DNA from: a bacterium
Lineage (GTDB): Bacteria > UBA8248
Assembly (NCBI GenBank): GCA_963692865.2
Contig: OY843592.1
Coordinates: 3,744,001-3,808,000, forward strand
DNA: 64,000 nt
Reading direction: 5' to 3'
Position numbers and translations under genes: made by a program. Positions 39,092-49,074 of the stretch are shown in pieces. The notes beneath the pieces are model-generated. The model was not told the origin of the DNA and made no database searches. It saw nothing but the letters and a program-made list of their open reading frames with translations. How positions within the stretch are numbered: the first letter of the stretch is position 1; each line of letters opens with the position of its first letter.

Positions 39092-39991
39092 CTAGATGCC
39101 CGTAAATCCCGTCCAGAAGATGAGATAGGCGGAAACGGCGTTCAGGTAGTTCGAGATCAGCAGAACCCCCACCAGCAGGAGCATGGCGCTGCTCGCGATT
39201 TCGACTCCGTGGAAATAGCGCCTGAACGATTGATGGAACCGGAAGAAATACCCCACGCCCAGGCCGCTCAGGAGGAACGGAACGCCCAGGCCTGCGGAAT
39301 AGCCCGCCAGCAGAACGACGCCCTGTCCCGCCGTTTGCTGCGTTCCGGCGAACAGGAGGATGCTGCCCAGAATCGGGCCGACGCAGGGCGTCCAGCCGGC
39401 GGCGAAGGTGACGCCCACCAGCATGCTGCCGAGCCAGCCTGCGGGCTTGCTCTTGAGCACGATGCGGTTCTCCGAGGAGAGCAGCACGGGCGCGAAGACG
39501 GCCACGAAGGCGTACAGAGCGGCGGCGGTGAGCGCCCCGCCCAGCGCGGGGTAGCCCTTTCGCAGGCCCGCCAGCCCCGCCAGGAAAACCAGGGCGGCGA
39601 AAGCGCCGCTCGCGCCGGTCGGCTTTTCGGAGAAAAACCGCTGCACCCTGAAGTCGAAGGCCCTGTCGCCGACGTAGAGGCCGAACATGGTGATCAGGAT
39701 GCCGCCCAGAAGCCTGACGTGGTCCTGATACTCGAAGAGTATCCTGCCCGCGTAGGAGGCGCCGGCGCCCAACAGGACGAAGACGAGAGAAAACCCCGCC
39801 ACGAAGAACAGGGAGTTCACCAGGATGACGGCTCTCACGCGGGCGGCCTCGCCGCTCTCGCGTATCTCCTCATAGGACAGGCCGGTCAGGTAGGAAAGAT
39901 AGCTGGGAACCAGCGGGAGGATGCACGGGGAGGCGAAACTCAAAACCCCCGCCGCGAAAGCCAGGCTCAAGGACACGTTTTCCGGGGCCAT
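39092..39991 (-). CDS. ccdA: Cytochrome c biogenesis protein CcdA (with an internal hydrophobic insertion)
   Basis: AGVLSFASPCILPLVP, GWTPCVGPILG and YSAGLGVPF motifs. Confidence 0.9.
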   Translation of the reverse strand: MAPENVSLSLAFAAGVLSFASPCILPLVPSYLSYLTGLSYEEIRESGEAARVRAVILVNSLFFVAGFSLVFVLLGAGASYAGRILFEYQDHVRLLGGILITMFGLYVGDRAFDFRVQRFFSEKPTGASGAFAALVFLAGLAGLRKGYPALGGALTAAALYAFVAVFAPVLLSSENRIVLKSKPAGWLGSMLVGVTFAAGWTPCVGPILGSILLFAGTQQTAGQGVVLLAGYSAGLGVPFLLSGLGVGYFFRFHQSFRRYFHGVEIASSAMLLLVGVLLISNYLNAVSAYLIFWTGFTGI

Positions 39992-40120
39992 CGTTTTCCC
40001 CTGTCGGAATCGCCGGCGGCCATGGGGGTGATCCGGTTGTTTCACTCCTTCCCGGCGAACCATCTTATCACAACGAAAACGATGGCCGGGACGATATTGC
40101 CGGGATGAAGAAAATCCGGA

Positions 40121-41443
40121 TCAGTTTCGACGCATCCCGTCTCCATCGAAGGGATTGTGGATGCATATGGTGTCATCGCGGCTCGGGCCCGTGGAGACGA
40201 GCCATACGGGCCTGTCGGTCAACTCTTCGAGACTTTTGATGTAATCCTTCGCCCGGGGAGGCAGTGCGTCATATTCCCGCACGCCCCCGGTGGGGGACAT
40301 CCAGCCGGGAAATTCCGCATATACGGGTTCGCACCGCTCCAGAATCGAGGTCTCCGCGGGGAAGACCGTGACGCGCTCGCCCTCGTATTCATAGCCCACG
40401 CAAACGCGAATCGTCTCCTGGTTGTCGAGCACGTCGAGCTTCGTCACCGCTATCGCGTCCATCCCGGCCACCTGGATGCAGTGGCGGGCCGCCACGGCGT
40501 CGAACCACCCGCACCGCCTGGGCCTCCCCGTCGTGGCGCCGAACTCGCCGCCCTCTTCTCTGAGAAGCCCGGCTTCGACCTCTCCCATCTCGGAGGGAAA
40601 CGGGCCCTGCCCCACCCGCGTGCAATACGCCTTCATGATGCCGAACACCGTGTTCAGCCGCCTGTAGGGCAGGCCCAGGCCGCTCATCGCCCCCCCGACG
40701 CCGGTGTTGCTCGACGTCACGAAGGGATAGGTGCCCATGTCCAGGTCGAGGAGGATCCCCTGCGCGCCTTCGAGCAGGATTTTCTTGTTCCCGTTCAAGG
40801 CGTCGTTGATCTCCGCGTCCGTGTTGCGCACGTGGGGGCCCAGCGTTTTCCGCACCTGGGAGCACACGTCCAGAACGTGGCCCTCGTCGAGCGCCCTCGT
40901 TTCCTCCTCGTTCAGATCGATGCCGCCCAGAAGCCGCTTCTTGATGGCCAGACTGACGCGGATGCGCTCCGTCAATATCTTCTCGTCGAACAGGTCCGAA
41001 ATCCGAACGCCCAGCCGCGCCGCCTTGTCGGAATAGGCCGGCCCGATGCCCCGGCCCGTCGTGCCGATGCGGTTGACGCCCAGAAGCTCCTCCATGTGGG
41101 AGTCGAGAACCTTGTGGTAGGGCATGATGAGGTGCGCGCGCTTGCCGAGGACGAGGTTCTCGCCGATCCCGATGCCCACGGAGCGGAGGTATTCGATCTC
41201 CTCCACCAGGGCCAGCGGGTCCACCACGACGCCCGAGCCGATGATGCACTTGACGCCCGCGTGCAGTATGCCGGTCGGTATCAGGTGGAGGATGTACCGG
41301 TTTCCCTCGACGACCACGGTATGGCCCGCGTTCGCGCCGCCCTGGTAGCGGGCCACCACGTCCGCCTGGCTCGCCAGCCAGTCGATGACCTTCCCTTTTC
41401 CCTCATCGCCCCACTGGCCGCCCAGAATCGCCAAAACGCTCAT
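40121..41443 (-). CDS. purA: Adenylosuccinate synthetase
   Basis: QWGDEGKGK, GGANAGHT, GTTGRGIGP, GATTGRPRRCGWFD and TKLDVL motifs. Confidence 0.98.
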   Translation of the reverse strand: MSVLAILGGQWGDEGKGKVIDWLASQADVVARYQGGANAGHTVVVEGNRYILHLIPTGILHAGVKCIIGSGVVVDPLALVEEIEYLRSVGIGIGENLVLGKRAHLIMPYHKVLDSHMEELLGVNRIGTTGRGIGPAYSDKAARLGVRISDLFDEKILTERIRVSLAIKKRLLGGIDLNEEETRALDEGHVLDVCSQVRKTLGPHVRNTDAEINDALNGNKKILLEGAQGILLDLDMGTYPFVTSSNTGVGGAMSGLGLPYRRLNTVFGIMKAYCTRVGQGPFPSEMGEVEAGLLREEGGEFGATTGRPRRCGWFDAVAARHCIQVAGMDAIAVTKLDVLDNQETIRVCVGYEYEGERVTVFPAETSILERCEPVYAEFPGWMSPTGGVREYDALPPRAKDYIKSLEELTDRPVWLVSTGPSRDDTICIHNPFDGDGMRRN

Positions 41444-42729
41444 CGGTCGTCATCCCTTCCGCCCACGCGGGCGAGAATTTCCTCGATCGGATACGCGCCC
41501 AGATCCTCCCCGTCCGGCTCGAGCAGCCTGGCGCGGCCTCCCCTCTTCCCGCCGCGCTCGATGACGAGGCATTTCGACACGCCCGACGCCCGCGCGTATT
41601 CCAGCGAGCCCGCGAGGTCGCGGCGGATGATGTCGCGCGCCACCCGCCAGCCCCGCGCCCTGAGTTTGCGGGAAAGAACGATGCCCGAGCGCTTCTCTCG
41701 CGTGAGGTCGATGACGAGGAAATCCGTTCCGTTCCTGTTCCGCGCCCCTTGCGTCACGAGGGGAAGCATCTGGTTCAGGTCGACGGCGAATCCCGTTCCG
41801 AGCGCGTCGTCGCCGTACAGCCCCAGGAGCTTGTCGTAGCGGCCGCCGCCGCACACCGGGTATCCCGAACCCTCGACGAACCCCTCGAATATCACCCCCG
41901 TATAGTAGTCGAAATCCTTGAAATCGCACAAATCGAAGATGACCCGCTCGGACAGCCCGTACAACTCCAGGATCCGGAACACCTTCAGCAGTTCGCGAAC
42001 CGCGCCCCTGGCCGCCGGCGTCCTTATTTTTTCCTCCACGCCCCGGATCACCTCTATCCCGCCGAAACACTCCGGAATCCGCTCGAGCAGCCCGGCGTCC
42101 GTCTTCTCGCGCGGGACGCCCCGGAGGAGGCCCGCCACGCCCGAGGAATCGCGCAGGCCTATCGCTTCGAGCAACTCGGCCCTTTGCGCGCCCGCCAGGC
42201 CCAGGCCGTTCAGAACCCCGCGCAGGAACGCGCCGTGGCTGAGCGACATGCGGAAGTTGTCCACCCCGTTCGCCCGCAGGCATTCCACGGCGATGGCGAT
42301 CATCTCGGCGTCGGCTTCCAGGGAGACCAGGCCGATCAGCTCCACGCCCGCCTGCCAGAACTCCCGCTGCAACTCCCCCGCCACGTGGGCGTGGCGAAAG
42401 ACGTTCGCCGCGTAGGAGAGCCTCAGGGGCCGGGGATGGGCGGCGAGAATCGTGCCGGCCGCCCTCGCGATTTGAGGCGTCATGTCCGCCCGGAGGGCCA
42501 GCAGGCCGCCGCTTTCCAGATCGACCATCCGGTAGGTCTGCGCGTCGAGAACCTCCGAACCCGCCCTGGGGACGTAGAACTCGAACGCGGGCGTGAGGAG
42601 TTCCCGGAAGCCCCACTGCTCGAACACGCCGAGGAGGCTCTCCTCCACCTCTCTCTTGCGCTTCGCTTCGCCCGGCAGGAAAACGCGCGAACCACCCGGA
42701 ATGGCCCGCAGGGACGCCGTCTGTCTCAT
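41440..42729 (-). CDS. hisZ: ATP phosphoribosyltransferase regulatory subunit
   Basis: LRADMTPQIAR, RLSYAANVFR, QAGVELIG, YYTG and GGGRYD motifs. Upstream of purA. Confidence 0.9.
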   Translation of the reverse strand: MRQTASLRAIPGGSRVFLPGEAKRKREVEESLLGVFEQWGFRELLTPAFEFYVPRAGSEVLDAQTYRMVDLESGGLLALRADMTPQIARAAGTILAAHPRPLRLSYAANVFRHAHVAGELQREFWQAGVELIGLVSLEADAEMIAIAVECLRANGVDNFRMSLSHGAFLRGVLNGLGLAGAQRAELLEAIGLRDSSGVAGLLRGVPREKTDAGLLERIPECFGGIEVIRGVEEKIRTPAARGAVRELLKVFRILELYGLSERVIFDLCDFKDFDYYTGVIFEGFVEGSGYPVCGGGRYDKLLGLYGDDALGTGFAVDLNQMLPLVTQGARNRNGTDFLVIDLTREKRSGIVLSRKLRARGWRVARDIIRRDLAGSLEYARASGVSKCLVIERGGKRGGRARLLEPDGEDLGAYPIEEILARVGGRDDDR

Positions 42730-44330
42730 GAAAAGCCCAACCGGACGAGGCAGGCGTCATAGACGTGGGGAATGGCCCGAACGCCCTCCATGACGGGCTC
42801 GGGCACCGGGTCGTCGAGTATGAGGACGGCGACGGCCATATCCTGCTGCCACACCCTGCCCAACTGCATCCCGGCGATGTTGATGTTGTGGTTCCCCAGC
42901 AGGGTGCCGATCTTGCCGATCATCCCGGGCCGGTCCTCGTTCCGGAATATGAGGAGATAGCCGCGGAGCGCCACGTCGACCGAGTAGTCGTCGATGCGGA
43001 CGATCCGGGGATCGTTCTTGCGGAGAAAAGTCCCCGCCACGGAGCGCTCGCCCGAGTCGGTCTTCACGCGAAGCTCGATCAGGTCGGTATAGAGGAGGTT
43101 CTCCGTCCGGGTCGTCGTCCTCACCTCGATGCCGCGCTCTTTCGCGAGCAGGAGGCCGTTCACCATGTTCACGCGGACGCTGGAGAGGAACCGGCCCAGC
43201 ATCCCCTTGATGGCCGAGGCGGCCAGCGCCCTCATGGGCATGTCGATGGCGCCGCCGTAGACCACTTCGAGCGTCTGCAGTCCCCCGCCCGCGAGCTGGG
43301 CCAGAAAATCGCCGAGGCGGTCGGCCAGGTCCAGGTGGGGGCCGATTTGCTCGAGCACCTCGGGACTTAAGGAAGGCAGGTTCACGGCGTGCCCGACCAC
43401 GCCTTCGGTCAGGTACGCCACGACCTGCTTCGCCACGCTGACCGCCACGTTCTCCTGCGCCTCCGCCGTCGATGCGCCCAGGTGCGGCGTGCAGACGACG
43501 TCCTCGCGCCCGATGAGCGGGTCGTTCGGGTCGGGAGGCTCCTGCTGGTATACGTCCACCGCCACGCCCCCGACCTTTCCGCCGTCGAGCGCCTCGGCCA
43601 GCGCCCCCTCGTCTATCAGCCCCCCGCGCGCGCAGTTGATGATGCGGACGCCGTCGCGCATCCGGGCGATTTCCTCTGCGCCGATGAGGTTTCCCGTTTC
43701 GGTGTTCTTCGGCACGTGCAGGGTGATGTAGTCGGACCTGGCCAGGAGTTCCTCGAAGTCCACCGGGCTCACCCCGCGCTGGGAGAGCACCTCGGCGGAG
43801 ATGTAGGGATCGTAGGCGAGGACGTCCATGCCCAGGCTGCGGGCGAACGTCGCCGTCTGCGAACCCACGCGCCCCATGCCGACGACGCCCAGGGTCTTAG
43901 AAGACAGCTCGCTGCCCACGAAGCGGCTCCGCTCCCACTTCCCCTGCTTGAGGGAGGAGACGGCGGAGGGAATCTTGCGCGCCAGCGAGAACATCATGGC
44001 GACGGTGTGCTCCGCCGTGGTGATGACGTTGCCGTCGGGCGCGTTCACCACCAGGATGCCGCGCACGCTGGCGGCTTCGAGGTCCACGTTGTCCACCCCG
44101 ATGCCTGCGCGCGCGACCACCTTGAGCGCCTCGCCCGCGCCCAGAAGCTCGTCGTCCACCCGCGTGCCGCTGCGGACGATGAGGGCGTCGGCCGTCTTTG
44201 CGGCTTCGAGTATCTCTTCGCGCGCCGCCGAGGTGCGGTCGAGGACTTCAAAGCCCTCCTGGTCCGCGAGTATCTCGTGCGCCCTCGGCGAGAGCGGCTC
44301 GGCAATCAGAACGCGAAACGCCCGGCTCAT
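42726..44330 (-). CDS. serA: D-3-phosphoglycerate dehydrogenase (with ASB and ACT domains)
   Basis: RAGIGVDNVD, GMGRVG, INCARGG, PHLGASTAEAQ and DRPGMIG motifs. Start at MSRAF. Confidence 0.95.
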   Translation of the reverse strand: MSRAFRVLIAEPLSPRAHEILADQEGFEVLDRTSAAREEILEAAKTADALIVRSGTRVDDELLGAGEALKVVARAGIGVDNVDLEAASVRGILVVNAPDGNVITTAEHTVAMMFSLARKIPSAVSSLKQGKWERSRFVGSELSSKTLGVVGMGRVGSQTATFARSLGMDVLAYDPYISAEVLSQRGVSPVDFEELLARSDYITLHVPKNTETGNLIGAEEIARMRDGVRIINCARGGLIDEGALAEALDGGKVGGVAVDVYQQEPPDPNDPLIGREDVVCTPHLGASTAEAQENVAVSVAKQVVAYLTEGVVGHAVNLPSLSPEVLEQIGPHLDLADRLGDFLAQLAGGGLQTLEVVYGGAIDMPMRALAASAIKGMLGRFLSSVRVNMVNGLLLAKERGIEVRTTTRTENLLYTDLIELRVKTDSGERSVAGTFLRKNDPRIVRIDDYSVDVALRGYLLIFRNEDRPGMIGKIGTLLGNHNINIAGMQLGRVWQQDMAVAVLILDDPVPEPVMEGVRAIPHVYDACLVRLGFS

Positions 44331-45466
44331 TCGTCGAATACCTCCTGCGCCGCCGCGAGGCCGCGCCCCCCCTCCACCGGAAAGCCCAGTTCGGCGAGGG
44401 TGGATTCCAGCGCGCCGACCGCCGTCAGCACGTCGGAGGAATCCACGTACCCCAGGTGGCCGATCCGGAAAATCCTGCCGCTCAGGGCGTCCTGCCCGCC
44501 GGCGATGGTCACCCCGTGCGCATCCTGCATTTTTCGGGGAATCGCCTTTCCGTCCACGCCCTCCGGCGCGCAGACGGCGGTGAGCGCCTCGCTCCTCAGG
44601 TCTCGGGGGAATATCTCGAGGCCCATCGCCTCGACGGCCGCCCCCGTCGCCCGCGCGAGCCGCGCATGACGCGCGAAGACGTTCTCCAGCCCCTCCTCGC
44701 GCATCATGTCGAGCGCGACCGCCAGGCCCGACAGGAGGGAGATGGCCGGCGTCCAGGCGGTGGTGTTCTTCATCTGGCTCTTCCGCTCGATGGCGAGGTC
44801 GAAGTAGTACCTCGGCGAGGCGGAGGCCGAAACGGCGCGCCAGGCCCGCTCGCTCAGCCAGACGAAGGCCAGCCCCGGCGGTAGCATCAGCGCCTTCTGG
44901 CTCCCCGTGATCACGGCGTCCAGGCCCCATTCCTCGGGCTTGAGGTCGTACACGCCCAGGGCGGTGATGGCGTCCACCGCCACGAGCGTATCGGGCGAGC
45001 GCTCGCGCACGAGGCGCGCGACGGCCCCCACGTCGTGCTTGGCGCCGGTGGAGGTTTCGCTCGCCTGCATCAGCAGGGCCTTGTGTCCGCCCCGCGCGAG
45101 GCGCGCCTCCAGGACTTCGAGATCGACCGAACGGCCCCATTCCACCTTCACGGCGTCCGCCTCGACCCCGTACGCCGCGCAGATCTCCGTCCAGCGTTCG
45201 CCGAACTTGCCGCCCTCGACGACGAGCGCGGAATCGCCCGGGGAGAGCAGGTTGGCCGCCGCCGCCTCCATGCCGCCCGAACCCGACGCGGCGAGGGTGA
45301 TGACGTCCCCGCTCGTCTGGAAGAGCCATTCGAGGCCGCGCCGCGTCTCCTCGAAGTGCGCCTCGAACTCCCGCGTGCGGTGGTGGATGAGGGGGCGCGC
45401 CATGGCTTCGAGCACCCGGTGCGGGACCGGCGTGGGGCCGGGGGCCATGAGATGGTGCTTGTTCAT
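44327..45466 (-). CDS. Class V aminotransferase (AGT/serine-pyruvate type; probable phosphoserine aminotransferase role)
   Basis: PGPT, ETSTG, VDAI, GSQKALMLPPGL and FRIGHLG motifs. Coupled to serA. Confidence 0.9.
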   Translation of the reverse strand: MNKHHLMAPGPTPVPHRVLEAMARPLIHHRTREFEAHFEETRRGLEWLFQTSGDVITLAASGSGGMEAAAANLLSPGDSALVVEGGKFGERWTEICAAYGVEADAVKVEWGRSVDLEVLEARLARGGHKALLMQASETSTGAKHDVGAVARLVRERSPDTLVAVDAITALGVYDLKPEEWGLDAVITGSQKALMLPPGLAFVWLSERAWRAVSASASPRYYFDLAIERKSQMKNTTAWTPAISLLSGLAVALDMMREEGLENVFARHARLARATGAAVEAMGLEIFPRDLRSEALTAVCAPEGVDGKAIPRKMQDAHGVTIAGGQDALSGRIFRIGHLGYVDSSDVLTAVGALESTLAELGFPVEGGRGLAAAQEVFDE

Positions 45467-45637
45467 TTTTCGTTCTTTCCCCGATTGTCGTTGCGGACGA
45501 ACGCGCGGCTGCACCCCAAGGATATACCATCCCCCGCGAAACCCCTCAAGCGGATGCCGTCTGAAAAGCGGGGGCGATGCGTGAAGAAACGAGCGCAAAA
45601 GCCGGATTTCGCGCCCCTTTTCGCGAGTATTTATAAG

Positions 45638-46491
45638 GCCGTTCGCGAACGGCCCTCGCCGAAGAAAGCGGGCGCTTCGCGAACCGCCCCTGCGGGAAAA
45701 TCGCGGGGAAGGCGGAAGGCAGGAAGACAATGCCTTTCGTAGGTCGGACATATATGTCCGACATATCATGCGACCCTGATTTTTCGCCCCTCCGGCAACG
45801 GGCCGCATACTATGCGGCCCCTACGGGTGAAAACCCGATTGGCGCGGGAGGGGAGCCCGATCATCGAATTGTTCACCGTCATTCCGGCGGCATCGCCGTT
45901 TCCGTAGGTCGGACATATATGTCCGACATATCATGCGACCCGGCCTTTTTCGCCGCCCCTGGACGCGGGCCGCATGATATGCGGCCCCTACAGTCGTCAT
46001 TCGAGGGGGCGCACGGGAACCGCGACGGGGCCGTTGAAAAAACCCCCTGCCGGTCGGGACCCCACCGTAGGTCAGACATATATGTCTGACATGATATGCG
46101 GCCCCTGCGGGAAAATCGCGGGGGCGGCGCGGAAGGCGGAAGACAATGCCTTTCGTAGGTCGGACATATATGTCCGACATATCATGCGACCCTGATTTTT
46201 CGCCCCTCCGGCAACGGGCCGCATGATATGCGGCCCCTACAGTCGTCATTCGAGGGGGCGCACGGGAACCGCGACGGGGCCGTTGAAAAAACCCCCTGCC
46301 GGTCGGGACCCCACCGTAGGCCAGACATATATGTCTGACATGATATGCGGCCCCTGCGGGAAAATCGCGGGGACGGCGCGGAAGGCGGGAAGACAATGCC
46401 TTTCGTAGGTCGGACATATATGTCCGACATATCATGCGGCCCGGCCTTTTTTCGCCGCCCGGACGCGGGCCGCATGATATGCGGCCCCTAC
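45638..46491. repeat. BIME/REPIN-like mosaic array of GTAG-REP doublets (about 249-bp period in part)
   Basis: Doublets GTAGGTCGGACATATATGTCCGAC...GGGCCGCATGATATGCGGCCCCTAC at 45739, 45904, 46155 and 46405, with short forms near 46067 and 46316. Linkers recur. Confidence 0.9.
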
Positions 46492-46520
46492 AAAAACCAA
46501 CCCCGCGGATATCCACCCAC

Positions 46521-46550
46521 AAAAAAACCGGGGGGCCGAAGCCCCCCGGT
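46521..46550 (-). terminator. Intrinsic terminator of the porin gene
   Basis: ACCGGGGGGC-TTCG-GCCCCCCGGT followed by a T-run on the minus strand. Confidence 0.85.
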
Positions 46551-46591
46551 CGGTTTCGCGTCAGGATGGGACGCGAACGTCCTTCATGCGG

Positions 46592-47821
46592 CTAGAAGAT
46601 GTGGCGAATCGTCCAGCCTGCCGCCCAACCATCGTCGGGAGTGTCGGCGTCGGCGGCCTTGCCGTAGTCGCCTCGCATGAGCATGGCGGCCACAGCCCTG
46701 AGCTCCAGGTTCGAGTGGATCTTCCACTTGAGGGCGACGTTCAGCTCGGTGCCGAAGTCCTTCGCGTCGTCCGTGCCGGCATCCATGGAACTCTCGGCGG
46801 CGCTGTAGAGGGATACGCCGCCGCCCAGCGTCAGGGTCTTGGAGACCTTGTAGTCGGCCAGGCCCTCGATCACGACCGCGCCGTTCATGCGGCTTTGCAG
46901 GGCGACGTCACGGATGTTGTTCCCGAACGTCGTCCAGCGGCGCGAACTCATGATGTGACTGCCGATGAACCAGCCGGAGCCGCCCAGCTGAGGCGTTTTG
47001 AACCTGCCTTCTTCGTTGTCGCCGGCGGTGTCGTCGCCGGAGAGCATGGTGAGGTTGCCCATGAGCTTCAGCTTGCCGAAGCTGGCGGAAGTCCGCAGCA
47101 GGAGCGCCCAGGCCGAGAGCTCGGTGCTGTCGTCGATATCGCCGCTCTGGAAGACGCCCGAGGCGTTGATGTTCAGCATGCCGGCCTTGGTCTTGGCGTG
47201 GAGGCCGAGGAAGCTGTAGTTGTAGCCGTTGTCCTTCCCGCTTCTGGAGTTGGCCGCCCAAGGCGTGAGCGTGAGGGTGGGGGCCACCTTGATGGAGAGG
47301 CCGCCGTAGTAGTCCGACAGGTCGGCGTTGGCGGAACTGCCGTCTTCCGCCGCCTTGGTGTGGAACAGGCTGAGCGAGACGTTCTTGCTGAGTTTGCCGT
47401 AGACCGCGACGCCCGGCTCACGATGGCGGCCGCCGCTGTCGTAGATTTCCTTGTCCGGCGAGAAGTAGTCCGTCCGGCCCCAGCGCATGCGCAGCGCGCT
47501 GCCCGGAATGGCGTAGTCGATCACCCAGCGGTTGACGCCCACGGTCTGCCGTCCGGCAGAGGTGAAGCCGCCGTTCGCGCTCTGGAACTCGGGCTCCCAC
47601 ACCGCCGTTACGGCGCCGCTCTTCATCGTGAAGCGCGGGCGGATGAGCGCGTCCAGATAGGCCTCTTTGTCGTCCGCGTCGTCGTTGCCGTCCTTGTTGA
47701 CGTTTTCGCTGGAGCCGCGCACCCGGAAGAAGCCGCTGAACTTGAAGTCGGCCGCGTAGGAAGGCGCGGTGAACGCCACGAGCAGCGTCAGCGCGAATAA
47801 AGCTAGCAGAAGTTTCTTCAT
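46592..47821 (-). CDS. Outer membrane beta-barrel porin
   Basis: Signal peptide MKKLLLALF...SYA, alternating amphipathic strands, C-terminal Phe (WTIRHIF), GAGGAG RBS. Confidence 0.8.
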   Translation of the reverse strand: MKKLLLALFALTLLVAFTAPSYAADFKFSGFFRVRGSSENVNKDGNDDADDKEAYLDALIRPRFTMKSGAVTAVWEPEFQSANGGFTSAGRQTVGVNRWVIDYAIPGSALRMRWGRTDYFSPDKEIYDSGGRHREPGVAVYGKLSKNVSLSLFHTKAAEDGSSANADLSDYYGGLSIKVAPTLTLTPWAANSRSGKDNGYNYSFLGLHAKTKAGMLNINASGVFQSGDIDDSTELSAWALLLRTSASFGKLKLMGNLTMLSGDDTAGDNEEGRFKTPQLGGSGWFIGSHIMSSRRWTTFGNNIRDVALQSRMNGAVVIEGLADYKVSKTLTLGGGVSLYSAAESSMDAGTDDAKDFGTELNVALKWKIHSNLELRAVAAMLMRGDYGKAADADTPDDGWAAGWTIRHIF

Positions 47822-48064
47822 TGTGTATTTCTCCTCACTGGAGGTTGAAAAAATGTTGCCGCGTTCCTTCGTGTTCGATGTCCTTGATTTCATTCGCGTT
47901 TCTTTTTGCTTCCATTGCAGGGCTTCTCGCTCTCCGGTTACCCCCTCTCTTGCAATGTCGCCCTGCGCATCGAGAAATATTTATCAACCGAACCGGATAA
48001 AAACCGGTTGCGCAAACACTCTTCCGGCCTGCGAAAATGGCCGCGCCATTCCGTCTTTCTCCAA

Positions 48065-48093
48065 AGAATAGAGAAGACGGCGCTCTTTGTCAA
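48065..48093 (-). promoter_or_regulatory. Sigma70 promoter for the porin, overlapped by an inverted repeat (48051-48080)
   Basis: TTGACA-17-TATTCT on the minus strand; dyad ccgtctttctc...gagaagacgg. Confidence 0.65.
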
Positions 48094-48307
48094 CCGGCAA
48101 TCCCGGTCGAAACCCCGAAAACCATTGCCGCGCGATTCGCATCCTACACCGGATTCGAAGACGGAAGCAACCCCTCAAGGGGTTCAATATCAAATTCTTG
48201 CAGGAATCTCCCCGCCGGAGCCAAGGGGCTGGGAGTTCCCCGCTCCGTCCGCTTCCCGGGGGCGAAGAAAAATTTTCCGCGCGCGCCCCCGCCCGGTCCC
48301 CGAAAAT

Positions 48308-48344
48308 GCGCCTTGCGCCCATGAAACCTCCGGGCTATATTCGT
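48308..48344 (+). promoter_or_regulatory. Duplicated sigma70-like promoter (copy 2 at 49365-49401)
   Basis: TTGCGC-17-TATATT within a 37-bp block that has 2 mismatches between copies. Confidence 0.65.
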
Positions 48345-48437
48345 CCATGCAGACTCGAGGCCGGACGCCCGCCGTCCGGCGTGGGCTCCATCCGCCGGGG
48401 TCGCCGGTTCGGGCGTGAAAAACAGGGGGAAGAAGGC

Positions 48438-48758
48438 ATGACGATTGAATCGTGGGCCCTGCTGTTCCAGGGGCTGGCCCTCATCCCCGCCTACGGGGGG
48501 ATGCTCCTCATCTGGCACGGCATCCGCGTCATGTCGAAAAACGCCGAGATGCGGGCGGCGGACTCCGAACGCAAGCACGAGGAAGTGATGAGCGAATCCG
48601 CGCGCAGGCATGAGGAAGTAATGAGCGAATCCGTTCGCAGGCACGAGGAAGCAATGCGCAACCACGATAAGAGCATGGCGGCCTTGCGTGAACTCATCGA
48701 GGGGCAGGCCGAAAGCCGTCTGGCATTGCGCGAACTCATCGAGCGCACGGGGCGATAG
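48438..48758 (+). CDS. Small membrane-anchored coiled-coil protein with 11-aa repeats (paralog 1, 106 aa)
   Basis: N-terminal TM followed by RKHEEVMSESA/RRHEEVMSESV/RRHEEAM repeats. Purine-rich RBS. Confidence 0.8.
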   Translation: MTIESWALLFQGLALIPAYGGMLLIWHGIRVMSKNAEMRAADSERKHEEVMSESARRHEEVMSESVRRHEEAMRNHDKSMAALRELIEGQAESRLALRELIERTGR

Positions 48759-48789
48759 ATTTGACCGTGAAAACCGGAGGGGCGAAAGC

Positions 48790-49044
48790 ATGACGATTGA
48801 AGCGTGGGCCCTGCTGTTCCAGGGGCTGACCCTCATCCCCGCCTACGGGGGGATGCTTCTCATCTGGCACGGCATCCGCGTCATGTCGAAAAACGCCGAG
48901 ATGCGGGCGACGGATTCGGAACGCAAGCACGAGGAAGCAATGCGCAACCACGATGAAAGCATGACGGCCTTGCGTGAACTCATCGAGGGGCAGGCCGAAA
49001 GCCGGCAGGCCTTGCGCGAACTCATCAAGCGCACGGGCAGGTAG
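48790..49044 (+). CDS. Small membrane-anchored coiled-coil protein (paralog 2, 84 aa)
   Basis: Near-identical to paralog 1 but 66 nt shorter. GGAGGGG RBS. Confidence 0.8.
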   Translation: MTIEAWALLFQGLTLIPAYGGMLLIWHGIRVMSKNAEMRATDSERKHEEAMRNHDESMTALRELIEGQAESRQALRELIKRTGR

Positions 49045-49074
49045 AATCGCCTGAAAACCGGGGCGACTCGCCGC

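Noticed and set aside
45638-46491. CRISPR array
   Set aside because: Spacers are repeated and variable in length, repeats are GTAG-flanked inverted doublets found dispersed elsewhere, and there are no cas genes.
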